Assembly: GCF_006345805.1 (NCBI RefSeq)
Contig: NC_043000.1
Location: 133,486,001 to 133,550,000, forward strand
DNA length: 64,000 bases
Direction: 5' to 3'
DNA from: Octopus sinensis
Taxonomy: Eukaryota
A program made the translations under genes and the position numbers. The notes beneath the pieces were generated by a model. The model saw only the letters and a list, made by a program, of their open reading frames with translations. It made no database searches and was not told where the DNA came from. Of the stretch, positions 1 to 12,130 are shown one piece after another. The stretch's first letter is position 1, and every line of letters starts with the position of its first letter.

Positions 1-360
1 TACGTTGTGGAGAAATAAAGCCAAAACACGATTTACACATTGCGTTCAAGAGTGATTGATCTCTAACACACACTATACAATCATTATTTCTATATTATAT
101 ATAGGGTAGTTTCATTTAGTTTCATTCAGTAGTTTCCATTTATTGACGTGGCGTGTCGAAATTTTATTGGAGAGCAAAATGTTTCATTGGCAGATTAGTG
201 TTTATATTTAAAGCAAGATGTGTATATTTTCGGCCATGAAAATAAGAAACCAGGGGTGAAATAATGAAGCGTTAAACTGAATATTTTTTACGAGATTTCT
301 TCAAACTAAGCGTTCATAAAACTTACATTTCACAAAGTTTCCCAATAGTTCGTGAAACCG

Positions 361-498
361 TCCATTCTTGTAGTATAATTCCACTCACAAGACGGATACA
401 GTAAAGACCCAGAACTAGGCTAGTACTTCCATTCTTGTAGTATAATTCCACTCACAAGACGGATACAGTAAAGACCCAGAACTAGACTAGTACTTCCA
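361..498. repeat. Tandem duplication, 2 x 67 bp
   Basis: tccattcttgtagtataatt...agaactag(g/a)ctagtact at 361-427 and 428-494, 1 mismatch, followed by tcca. Confidence 0.95.
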
Positions 499-986
499 AT
501 TTATTTGCGCCGGGAAGATGTAAATTTAAAGTTGAACTCGGCGGGATGTGATTGTCCAACAAACTTAGAATGTTCGTCACTAAATACCGTCTCACTAGCG
601 ATTCTATCAAACCAGCATAGAAAATAAACTAGAATCGTTTAGAAATAATGTTGTTTTGATCATGGTCCATTTCCTTAATGTGAATTAATTTTGTGAATTA
701 AAAAGAAAAAAAAAGCAGGTAGGCGGGCTTTATAGAGGACATCATGTTGCCTGGCAGCAGTTACAGTTCGTACCAGTTTAGATCTTCTTTTGCAGCGAGA
801 CATCTTAAAGTAGACATTACAGTTCTTAACTATTTCGATATTTCAACCGATTACTTTCGTAAATTATAATAAAAGTATATCGCTCTCTTTATCACTAACC
901 ATCAGTCAGTCAGCCTGTCTGTACTAGCACACACACCACACACCCACACACGCACGGAAGAACACAGAATTTAGTTTATACATACC

Positions 987-1219
987 TATTTCTTTACTAC
1001 CCACAAAGGGCTAAACACAGAGAGGACAAACAAGGACAGACAAACGGATTAAGTCGATTATATCCACCTCAGTGCGTAACTGGTACTTATTTAATCGACC
1101 CCGAAAGTATGAAAGGTAAAGTCGACCTCGGCGGAATTTGAACTCAGAACGTAGCGGCAGACGAAATACTGCTAAGCATGTCACCCGGTGTGCTAACGAT
1201 TCTGCCAGCTCGCCGCCCT
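987..1219 (-). mobile_element. tRNA-derived SINE family B (head ggcggcgagctggcag), full length, 19-bp TSD
   Basis: Family head, B-box-like gagttcaaattcc, central gtcgactttgcctttcatcctttcggggtcgat. TSD aatttagtttatacatacc at 968-986 and 1220-1238. Confidence 0.9.
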
Positions 1220-1439
1220 AATTTAGTTTATACATACCACTTCGAATTATCGTGGCGTTTCTTTGATTTATGTAGTTTCTGCTCTCGGTCACAAATGGAC
1301 CCACTTCTCAATTTCGTCTTTGTATTGGACGATAAATATCTCTCAATACTCTCAATACTCCTAATGTCTGCTCCCCACTTTTTTTAATGATAAAATTAAT
1401 GCTATTAGATAAAATTAATGCTATTATTAACGGAAACGT

Positions 1440-1621
1440 AAAGGCGGCGAGCTGGTAGAACCGTTAGTTAACCGGACAAAATGCTTGGCGGTATTTCGTC
1501 CGTCTTTATGTTCTGAGTTCAACTTCCGTCAAAGTCGATTTTGCCCTTCATCCTGTCTTGGTCGATAAATTAAGGACTAGTGAAACACTAGGGCCGATGA
1601 AATCGACTAGTCCCCTCTCCC
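1440..1621 (+). mobile_element. SINE family B, diverged copy
   Basis: Starts aaggcggcgagctggtagaacc; central domain recognisable. Confidence 0.8.
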
Positions 1622-2197
1622 AATTATAATAAAAGTATATTAGACTGTTTTCTGTGTTCCTCCGTGTGTGAGAGTGTGTGTGTGTGTGTGGTGTGTGTGT
1701 GTGTGTGTGTGTGTGTGCTAGAGACAGACAGGCTGACTGACTGACGGTCAGTGATAAAGAGAGCGAAGAAAACAATCTAATTGTAGCATAACTGCAGTTG
1801 TATAACGGTTAAGTGAGGGCAGAAATATCAGATGTTAGAAATGGTGGTATATGCGAATTCAACAACGTAAGTCAGTGAGCGACTGTACCTGTAACAATAA
1901 TAATAATTCCTAAGAATATTTCAGTCAATCTAATCAACCCCTGCGCTCAGCTATACTATTTTATCGCTCCACAAAAAGTTGGATGACAATGGTAACCCTG
2001 ATGAGATTTGAATTCAGAAAATAAAGTGATGCATCTCACTGATATTTTTGTCGACGTTTTATAGGGTTTTATCACCAACTTTTCCTTTAATAATCTTTTC
2101 TCCTAAAAGCACAAAGCCTGAAATTTTGGGGGAGGGGACTAGTCGATTACATCGACCTCAGTGTTTCACTGGTACTTAATTTATCGACCCCGTATAT

Positions 2198-2760
2198 ATA
2201 TAGTGAATCCTAACAAAGAAGAACAAACATGAAAAAACAACTAGAGGATGTGGTACAAGTACTGCATTATCAGACGCTCAGGAAAGGAAAGAAAGAGGAT
2301 TTTATGTTTCGAGCAAAGCTCTTCTTCAGAAATAGGGGAAAGTCCAAACGAAGGGAAGACAGAGGAAGGAAATCGCCAACGATACACATGTGGTTATATT
2401 TTGAAATGACCGGAAGGGAATGGGGAAGAAAAAGTACTTTCTAAGACAGGAGTGTGCAAGAGAAGGAGGTATGTGTGTGTATGTATGGGTATGTGTGTAC
2501 GCGCAGGTCTGTGTTTGTGTAATAATAGCACGTTATGTGCGTATGTGTGTGTGTGGTTTTGGCTGTTTATGTGTGTGTGTGTGTGTGAGTGGACTTTGTG
2601 TCGTTTAATATTGTAGGAAGAATTTATAGTAAGAATTTTTGGTAGGAGTGGCTGTCTATTATGTGTCCCTCTTCACATGTGGGTAGGAGAATGGTCAGTA
2701 AAAAAGTATTTAACTGGAAGTTAAAGTGAAACCATTAAAAGTGAAATAATATAAAATCGA
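2198..2760 (-). mobile_element. Penelope-like non-autonomous terminal region with minimal hammerhead-like motif (2299-2333)
   Basis: Minus strand attt-CTGAAGA-A-gagc-ttt-gctc-GAAA-CA-TA-aaat. Abuts (TA)n. Homologous to 10025-10140 and 19355-19480. Right boundary approximate. Confidence 0.5.
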
Positions 2761-2978
2761 AACTACTAATAACTTACTCTGTTGAAGGTTTCATTTTTAT
2801 TCTTCGTATTTTGAGACGTAATACGGAACCAGTGCCAATGTTGTATTGTTTTAATCAAAAAAATTACATGCTGACACTCACGGTGTCTCATAGTATTACC
2901 ATGCAAAATTTGATATGATTTGGTTGAGCTGTTTGAGAATCCATTGGAAACAGACAGAGATAGAAAGGGTTTTATATG

Positions 2979-3042
<64 letters not shown>

Positions 3043-3917
3043 GGAATTCCAACCTTGTCTGATTTTCACGTTTTATTTACAATTTTATAATGATATAATA
3101 TAATATAATATAGTGAAATAAAATAATAGAATGTTAAATGTTCATTCTGATTGAACTAGTACTTTCATGCATTAAATTCTGCAATCTTCAGGTTCATGTA
3201 GTAGTGGTGACAGTCATGCTTCACAATTTAGATATAGATATATACACGAGCACACACACGCACATCCTACCCTTAATCACGGTCTTTCTCGATAGCCGGA
3301 CACCAGACGGAGAGCTTACTGTGAACTCTGTTTCATTCTTTGAATCCTTATTCTTATAAGTATATGTGTGTGTATTTGAGCTTGTCGGCAAAGGGAAATG
3401 GTTCAAATTGGTATATGCTATAGATTAGTATAGACTAGTTGAGGCTGATGTTCCGAATACCATATGCAAAAATTATTAATTAATTGAAATTTTTCCCTTT
3501 TAGCTGAAGAAAGAAATTTAAAACCTAACAGTTTTTCTCTTAAAGAAGAGCGGAAATAATTTTCAAAAAATAAGAATTAATTGTTTTAAATACATAAGGG
3601 GAAATTTTAATCTCCATTTCCAGTCAAGAAACTTCTATGGATACATTCCAGTATATTTAACCTTATCAAGATAATATATTCTGCTCAAGCTTGCCTAATC
3701 AGTCCTTTCCCTCTCCTTGCATTACCTTACTCATTGTCTTCCATCAAGCCTAGTACGCGCATTTATCGTGCATCTTTTATGTTAACTCTCTCTGCGCCTT
3801 TCTATTTCTCTCTCGCCCCCTTTCTTCCTACTATACATGGCCAGATAGTTTTCAAAAAGATAAAGAATTATGAAAAATTCTGACCAATATAATTTGTATA
3901 ATTAAAAAAAAATAAAC

Positions 3918-4333
3918 AGGCGCAGGAGTGGCTGTGTGGTAAGTAGCTTGCTAACCAACCACATGGCTCCGGGTTCAGTCCCACTGCGTGGCACCTTGGG
4001 CAAGTGTCTTCTGCTATAGCCCCGGGCCGACCAATGCCTTGTGAGTGGATTTGGTAGATGGAAACTGAAAGAAGCCTGTCGTATATAAGTATATATATAT
4101 GTATGTGTGTATGTGTTTGTGTGTCTGTGTTTGTCCCCCTAGCATTGCTTGACAGCCGATGCTGGTGTGTTTACGTCCCCGTAACTTAGCGGTTCGGCAA
4201 AAGAGACCGATAGAATAAGTACTGGGCTTACAAAGAATAAGTCCCGGGGTCGATTTGCTCGACTAAAGGCGGTGCTCCAGCATGGCCGCAGTCAAATGAC
4301 TGAAACAAGTAAAAGAGTAAAAGAGTAAAAGAG
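3918..4333 (+). mobile_element. tRNA-derived SINE family A (head aggcgcaggagtggctgtgtggtaag), full length
   Basis: A/B-box-like head, CORE-like ccttgggcaagtgtcttct, internal (TA)n(TG)n, (gtaaaaga)n tail. Confidence 0.9.
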
Positions 4334-4588
4334 AAGCAAGCTAAGGGAAATAACTCAAATGAGTTATAGGCATGAATTCTCCTTCAATTGAAACATCCTT
4401 CTTTGTTGGAGAAAGTAGTTAAGAACCGAGCGGTATTTGTTTGTAGTTTCCAGAGAAAAGGGAAGATAATTTCAAGGAATTAAGAATTAATCCCTCAAAA
4501 TTAATTTACATGATTTGGGGAAGGTTTGATCCAAGAAATTGAAGCATATCCAGTGGTTATTTGTCCACAAATAAAGCTTACAACACAC

Positions 4589-4680
4589 GCACACGCCCGC
4601 GCACACGCCCGCGCACACGCCCGCGCACACGCCCGCGCACACGCCCGCGCACACGAGCATACACACACGCGCGCGCGCAC
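4589..4680. repeat. GC-rich 12-bp minisatellite (gcacacgcccgc) x5 plus a gcgcgcgc tract
   Basis: Five perfect units at 4589-4648, read directly. Confidence 0.95.
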
Positions 4681-5446
4681 ATAACTCTTGCATTCTGAAT
4701 CATTAGACTAGAATATTTCAGCAAAGATCGGTAAAGAAACACTTTTGCATTCTCTCTCTCTCTCTTTCTCTTTATATCTTCATCTCTCTCTCTTTCTTTC
4801 TCTTTATTTCTCTCTCTCTCTCTCACACACACACATACACACGAGGTTAAAGATGTGTTTCTCACAAACTCGAGGAAGCTGTTAACGTTGGCAGGATGTA
4901 CAGAGTCCTTTGGTTCATGACCGTTAGGAAATAGCTTCAAAATACCTGCATTGTACCATACTCGTATAAATAAGCAAGTCATTACATCGCTATTTGCACG
5001 CGATTCTGTCATTATTTGCACGCTATATTGTCACGTGATGCTGTAACAAAATTGCAGGCACAGAACTTCAGACATTAAACATAGGCTAAATGATTATATT
5101 AAATGTCATGCTCCTTTGTAAATGTATCTTAAAAACCAACGTAGTCAACGGCACAATAGAACAGTTGTATGATAAGAGCATGAGGGACAATTGGTTTAAA
5201 CTGGTGTTTTAAATTTACCAATCAAATATTAAAAATAGAACTTGTTTGAGCTAATTTTGACGGCAGTGAAAGTATAAAAACTTCAGAAATTTAGATACGA
5301 AAGAGGACTCTTGCCTCCGATAAACGAATCGCTACTAGTCTGTTCCGCATTCAGCATGAAGACATGTCGTTAAGTGTTATAAAAGCTAATAACCTTCACA
5401 TACTTTAACCATTACAATGTGCTGTAGAGTAAGAATTTTTAATATA

Positions 5447-5836
5447 CTAGCAGTATCGCCCGGCGTTGCTCGGGTTTGCTTCGGCCCTTTAGAATTGGAA
5501 TTTTTGAAATGTTAAAATTTTGCATTATGTAGCTTGTTATTCTCTTTAAGTGAACATTTTTCTGCTTGAAATACACCGTAAAATGGCGACACAGCAGTCA
5601 AAAGGTCGTAAAAAATAGGGATTTTCATAGAAAAAAAGCACCTTTTTGATGTAAATAATTTTTGGTGTTAACATGGTCCAATTTGAATTTTTTCTTCTAC
5701 GGAATAAAGAGCAAGCCTTCTTCTATCATACTTTTAATTTTGGTCAACTTGCGCCGCAGGGTCTCGGAGGAGATAGTGTTAGTTGAAGGTTGCCAAACCT
5801 GCCATTCACAGACAACTTCAGCTTTAAATATATAGA
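5447..5836 (-). mobile_element. Non-autonomous Helitron
   Basis: Minus strand A|TCTATATATTTAAAGCTGAAGTTG...acccgagcaacgccgggcgatactgCTAG|T: 5' TC, subterminal hairpin, 3' CTAG, AT target, no TSD. Confidence 0.85.
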
Positions 5837-6029
5837 TTTCCTCGTTTCTAATTGTTGTAATATAACATGAATTATGAAGTTGCCCTGTGAGGTATTACCT
5901 CGTTTGGTTTCTCAATGCTTTTCGCATCCATTGAACTTTGAACTTTGAATGTCATTTTAAATACTTATCAATTATTGATATTAGATGTATGGAACGAAGT
6001 TCTGTTTTGTTAGCGAAATTAATAGATCC

Positions 6030-6370
6030 GGAGAGATGGAAACGTAGCTTTTTCTTCATGTGTTTACTATTATTGTGACACAACACATTTCTCTAGCCAA
6101 CGTTTTCATTGAAATTGTTAATAATATCACCCATGATTTTAACAAAATACAAAACAAAGCCCTTAACCGAAAATGTCGATGATGTCACATTTCTGAAGAT
6201 ATTACGCGTATCATCAGTATCTGCCCTAAAATGTCATTTTGGTACTACTTTCCAATGTACCAAAAAACAACATACAATGTTGTCTTGAAACAAATATATA
6301 GAAGCACTTCTGTAGTTGAGTATATACATTCCTTGTGTCTCACTACAAGGAATATTAGTGAAATATTCTC
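6030..6370 (+). mobile_element. Degenerate RLE-type (R4/Dong-like) non-LTR fragment, CCHC zinc-knuckle region
   Basis: 6168-6260 translates NRKCR*CHISEDITRIISICPKMSFWYYFPMY, resembling CRxC...EDITHIISSCPKM..RYY.P.RHD. Confidence 0.55.
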
Positions 6371-6599
6371 AATACATGTGGCGTACCCTTGGTCGTCAGC
6401 TACCATAGGGGTGACAATCACTTCTAGATTAAGTTAAGTTGAGGTGGATTTGGAAGTTTGAAATTTAAATCAACGAATAAAGAAGTAGGTGTTCAGAATA
6501 TACACATTTATTATTTATTCCCCACCCCCTCTCCGTATTATAAAAATCTTAAGATTACCAAATTCTATCAAATTCAAAGATACCTAATATTGTTCTTTT

Positions 6600-7120
6600 G
6601 GTAAGAAAAGTTCTTGGCTTTAAGGGTGCCGCAAAAGGTCTGGTTGGAGGCCCTATCTTCCGAGTTCTTTTGCATAGCTTAGAAAAACGGAAGGACTGCT
6701 GCAATAAGTGTGTGAATCTGAGAGAGGAATATCTTTATATATAAAACTGAAGTTGTGTGTGTGAGAGTCTGTCTCCTCCGATTTAGATTCCTAACTACTC
6801 CCACATTTTGCGGTGCAGTTTAACCAAAAGCGGGTATCTTATAGTCGTGATTCATATCGAGCCCTTCTGAGTATTAGCGCGCGTCTAGGATGAGTCTACG
6901 ATTTAAAAAAAAAATTACCATAATTTTTTCGTTTTTTTAATGCATTTTTTGCTCGGTTTATATAAGGGAAGTAACTCTCTAAAAATGCTTGTATAGTTAT
7001 TTCCCTTACAAACTCGAGCAACGCCAGGCGATACTGCTAGTGTTGAATAAAATCATAATTAACTGATCCTTCTGTATTTTCCTTTGCACAACACCAGAAA
7101 CTTTTCAGTACTTTCTCGTA
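6600..7120 (+). mobile_element. Mariner-like 3' end interrupted by a Helitron
   Basis: Joining 6731 to 7041 restores HSLEKRKDCCNKCVNLREEYVE*, a mariner transposase C-terminus. TIR-like cagaaacttttcagtactttctcgta ends at 7120. Confidence 0.65.
6732..7040 (+). mobile_element. Non-autonomous Helitron
   Basis: A|TCTTTATATATAAAACTGAAGTTG...actcgagcaacgccaggcgatactgCTAG|T. The empty site restores the host mariner codons. Confidence 0.9.
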
Positions 7121-7482
7121 GTTATCGAGGACAGCTGCTTCGCATATGTGAATATTTGTTTGAAAGCCAATGAGAAAGAAAATATTTATGGGTATTTAAA
7201 ACTCTCGGCTTCTTTACCTAGCTTAGAAATTCACATTTATACTGATGCCTTTGGTTATGTTAGTAGATCTCTTAATGGCAATACCAAAATGCTAACACGA
7301 ACTTTGCAAACACAATTACTAAGAGAAATAATTGAAACAAATAAAACTTTTTCTAAGTTCATGTAACTTCTACTCGTTGTTGTTGCCAACTTCAACCAAT
7401 GGTTTTCTTTTCCTTGTCAGAAACCAACTCTTTCCTTATAGGAAGAATTCAAATATATTTAAAATATTTATATATATATATA

Positions 7483-7522
<40 letters not shown>

Positions 7523-7580
7523 GCACGCATTCAAAATACCTTTATACGTATGTACATGCAGAGACACACATATACACATC

Positions 7581-7887
7581 CCGGTGTGGCAAGAAGCTTG
7601 CTTCCCAACCACATAGTTCAGGGTCCAGTACCGCTGCATGGTACCTTGGGCAAGTTTCTTCTACTACAGCCTCGGGCCGACCAAAACCTAGTGAGTGGAT
7701 TTGGTAGACGGAAACTAAAAGAAGCCCGTCGTATACATATGTATATATATTTGTGTGTCTATGTGTCTATGAGACCGACAGAATAAGTACTAGACTTTCA
7801 AAGAATAAGTTCTAGCGTCGATTTCTTCAACTAAAGGTGGTGCTCCAGCATGGGCGCAGTCAAATGACTGAAACAAGCAAAAGAAAG
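7581..7887 (+). mobile_element. SINE family A, diverged and internally deleted
   Basis: Contains ccttgggcaagtttcttctactacagcctcgggccgacc and the tail gcagtcaaatgactgaaacaag. Confidence 0.8.
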
Positions 7888-8126
7888 TATATATATAGAC
7901 ATACGCACGTATGCATAATATACATACATACATACATACATACATACATACATACATACATCGCATTTCATCTTTATATACAGTACCGGTTAGATATTAG
8001 TTTGATTTAATATTCTTGTGAGACATCCAAGATACAACTGAAATTTTAATGAACGAAGGTTATTATTTTTTTATTTTCGTTTACATATTCAAAGATAGAT
8101 AGATAGATAAATACACATATTCAAAG

Positions 8127-8186
<60 letters not shown>

Positions 8187-8399
8187 ATTATATATAATAT
8201 ATAAATAACGATCTTATCAAGTGGCCAGCATGGAAATAAAAACCTTGAAAGGTAATAATTATTATTAAAATTATAACTTAAGGTATCTACGAGATACCGC
8301 CATGCTGAAAATAGCAGCCAGGATCTGGCACTAAAACCATCTTAAGTGTTCATATAGCACAAGATATATATATATATATATATGTGGCGCTCTCTCCAC

Positions 8400-8431
<32 letters not shown>

Positions 8432-8956
8432 AAGAGAGAGAGAGAGAGAGAAAGCGGAAATACTGAGGTTTTGGAACAAAAAATGCTCTCCATTTGTCGG
8501 TTATACGTATTATTATCAATCTTAATAGGCATGTAGCGATTAATAACGTTTAATCTGTGTTATTACCAGTGATGCATTCTTAAAGAGTATTTATTGGAAA
8601 ACTTGCTAAGATCCCAAGAATTATTATTATATGATAGTAAAATCATTTAAGAATTGGCGTCTTTCGGACGCGTGATTAATTTATATCCGAGAAAGGAATT
8701 AATTTTATTGGGAGATAATAAGAGGCTTTCGACGATTACGACATTTGATGTGAATATTAATTTACGATTGCAGTGAGCGCTGCAGAATAAGATGTAGAAT
8801 AACAGTCGGTATAGTCCACTATATGATTTCGATTTTCATTTGAATGTCATTTCATTATATTTACGACATAGATGTTCTTGGGAAAAGCATGAAAGTTGCG
8901 ATACTGCATTTTAATTTCATTAACCCTATAACGTCTGTTATTAACGATTCTCGACA

Positions 8957-9170
8957 TTTTACTCTTTTACTCTTTTATTGTTTCAGTCATTTGACTGCGG
9001 CCATGCTGGAGCACCGCTTTTAATCGAGCAACTCAACCCCGGGACATATTCATTGTAAGCCCAGTACTTATTCTATCGGTCTCTTTTGCCGAACCGCTAA
9101 GTTACGGGGACATAAACACACCAGCATCGGTTGTCAAGCAATGCTAGGGGGACAAACACAAACATACAGG

Positions 9171-9206
<36 letters not shown>

Positions 9207-9380
9207 CACATATATACGACGGGCTTCTTTCAGTTTCCATCTACCAAATCCACTCACATGGCTTTGGTCGGCCCGAGGCTATAGTAGAAGACACTTGCCC
9301 AAGGTGCCACGCAGTGGGACTGAACCCGGAACCATGTGGTTGGTAAACAAGCTACTTACCACACAGCCACTCCTCCGCCT
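8957..9380 (-). mobile_element. SINE family A, full length
   Basis: Reverse complement of the family consensus, including the internal microsatellite and tail. Confidence 0.9.
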
Positions 9381-9596
9381 ATTCTAAATACTATTGTCTC
9401 ATTGTAACAACCCCTACCTGAAAACTAAAAACTTTGACGAGTTCTTCCGATTCTTAACATTTGAACAACTTTGTATGTATGTGTCTGTGTGCATGGTTTT
9501 GCATACAATCCCACATTATATCGTTTTGGGAAAGTGGTCTACCAGTAAATAAGTTATAGAAATATATAATTTGGTAGATGGAAAATATTAAGTAGC

Positions 9597-9897
9597 AGCT
9601 CGTCGTATGCATGTATGTATGTATGTATGTATGTATGTATGTATGTATGTATGTCTGTATGTATGTATGTATGTCTGTATTTACCACTTACAGCTTGGCA
9701 ATCGGTGGAGGTTTGTTTATATCCCCATAACTTACGTCGCTTAGCGGTCCAATCAGAAAAATAGAAACCGAAAGAATAAGTAGCAGATGAAAAGTAAATA
9801 CTGGGATCGAATTCATCGACTAAAAAAGAAAAAAAAAACAACTTTCAAGGCGGTGCACCTGTGTGATCGTAGTTCAATGATTCAATGACTGAAACCA
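9597..9897 (+). mobile_element. SINE family A, 3' half with (TATG)n
   Basis: cttagcggtcc...gaataagta...ggcggtgcacc...tgactgaaac. Confidence 0.65.
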
Positions 9898-9902
9898 GGT
9901 AT

Positions 9903-10702
<800 letters not shown>

Positions 10703-11141
10703 GTTTAGGCTTCAACGAGGTTATTCGACTTTCTTAGAAGTAGCATCTAAAGATGCAACTTTCATTGAAGTATGACATATTGAATTCCGCAACGTGGTCT
10801 GAATTACTAGCTGAAATCATTTCAGATTGCTTATATCGTGAAATATCTTTGGAGAAATGCATGCTTGTCGTAACTTCCTATAATTTTTTCCAAAATATTG
10901 CGATCTAATTAATGCGTTTTACGTGTCTGACTACTTATGTTTATGCATAAGTTTGTATCTATGCGATGGTGTATGAAAAGCACAAATACTTCAACTCTTT
11001 ATTACAGCTTGCCTTAAAATATAGTGTTTTCTTTGTGGTTATCAGAAAGAAAATTAATTTTCTTCAAAGCGCAGGCATGACTGCGTGATTAAGGAGCTTG
11101 CTTCCTAACCATATGGTATTGGGATTATCCACAGTGTCTTC

Positions 11142-11345
11142 TATTGGGTTGTCCGGAAAGTTCGTGCCGATTTTTAAAGGAAAGACATAGGTCAATAAAT
11201 ACTTGCCATTACATTTTTAATCAACTAAATATGAACCATTTTGTTGCACAATGCGTCTCCATCTTTCCTTTAACTTGAAAATACTCTCTTCCCAGAATTG
11301 AGATAGTTTCATGGCAAAGAATTCATCAAGGTATCTTTTTACGTT
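11142..11345 (-). mobile_element. Mariner transposase 3' end with TIR
   Basis: Minus strand translates approximately as RYLDEFFAMK.SQFWEESIFKLKERWRRIVQQNGSYLVD*. TIR tattgggttgtccggaaagttcgtgccgattt. Confidence 0.75.
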
Positions 11346-11570
11346 GGCAAGTTGGGAGAATCGTTAGAACGCCAGAGAAAGCGTACAGCGGCATTTCTTC
11401 TTAATCTTTATGTTCTGAGTTCAAATTCCGCCGAGGTCGACTTTGCCTTTTATCTTTTATGGGGCGATGAAATAAGCACTAGCTGAGCGCAAGGGTCAAT
11501 ATAATCAGCTCTCCTGCTCGCCACAAATTTCTGGCCTTTTACCTATCGTATAAAGGATTATTTGTTCTAC
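11346..11570 (+). mobile_element. SINE family B, diverged
   Basis: gttctgagttcaaattccgccgaggtcgactttgcc. Confidence 0.7.
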
Positions 11571-12130
11571 TATTTTAATTGTTATTGTTTAACCCAGGTC
11601 ATCCTTGATCAAGTAAACCCATGCTCGTAGGATTCAAGGCGTGTCCTTCTCGTATTTTTTTCCAGTCCTATTATATTTATAATCCTATTAACTAATGATT
11701 AACTAATCTAAGATGATAGGGTGTAGTTTGAAGGAGATTTATGTGATAGTTGCAATGGGTTCCTGATTTGGTATCCTGACATGTATATAGAACTCTCAAA
11801 GGAAGTCTCGTGCAACCTCGTGGAAATCACGTGAGGAGAACGCTACTAGGAACGGTACAGCGTGGTTCTCGAAAAGTGAACTGTGTAACTTGCAGTTGCG
11901 AACATTCAACAGTTGTCCTATAAGAGTGAAATACAACAATTTAGTTGCTAGTTCCAGAACGTCGAATAACTATGTTAGAAGCATCCCCTTTCGTTCGTTT
12001 CCAATTCAATAGTTAAATCATTTCTCGACATATGATGGGTGAGTTTGGAAGAATACTTTTATTGTACGTACGTCATATTGCCTGATATTTCCACACTAAC
12101 AAAAATGTCTTAATATTATTGTAGCAATTA

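Larger units (their letters stand above)
881..1765. repeat. Inverted repeat pair (arms ~881-970 and ~1648-1765), each arm preceded by the same direct 19-mer
   Basis: cgctctctttatcactaaccatcagtcagtcagcctgtctgtactagcacac... is the reverse complement of ...gtgctagagacagacaggctgactgactgacggtcagtgataaagagagcg. The 19-mer aattataataaaagtatat occurs at 862-880 and 1622-1640. Confidence 0.85.

Noticed and set aside
1825-1875. VRNGGICEFNN|gtaagt, a possible EGF-like mini-exon
   Set aside because: There is an in-frame stop just upstream, the acceptor is weak, and no partner exons were found.
11790-11940. Strong minus-strand acceptor (ttgtatttcactcttatag) before GQLLNVRNCKLHSSLFENHAVPF...; similar candidates near 13780, 10890 and 15225
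   Set aside because: No convincing donor or phase link to the 30000 exon and no recognisable domain; RNA-seq is needed.
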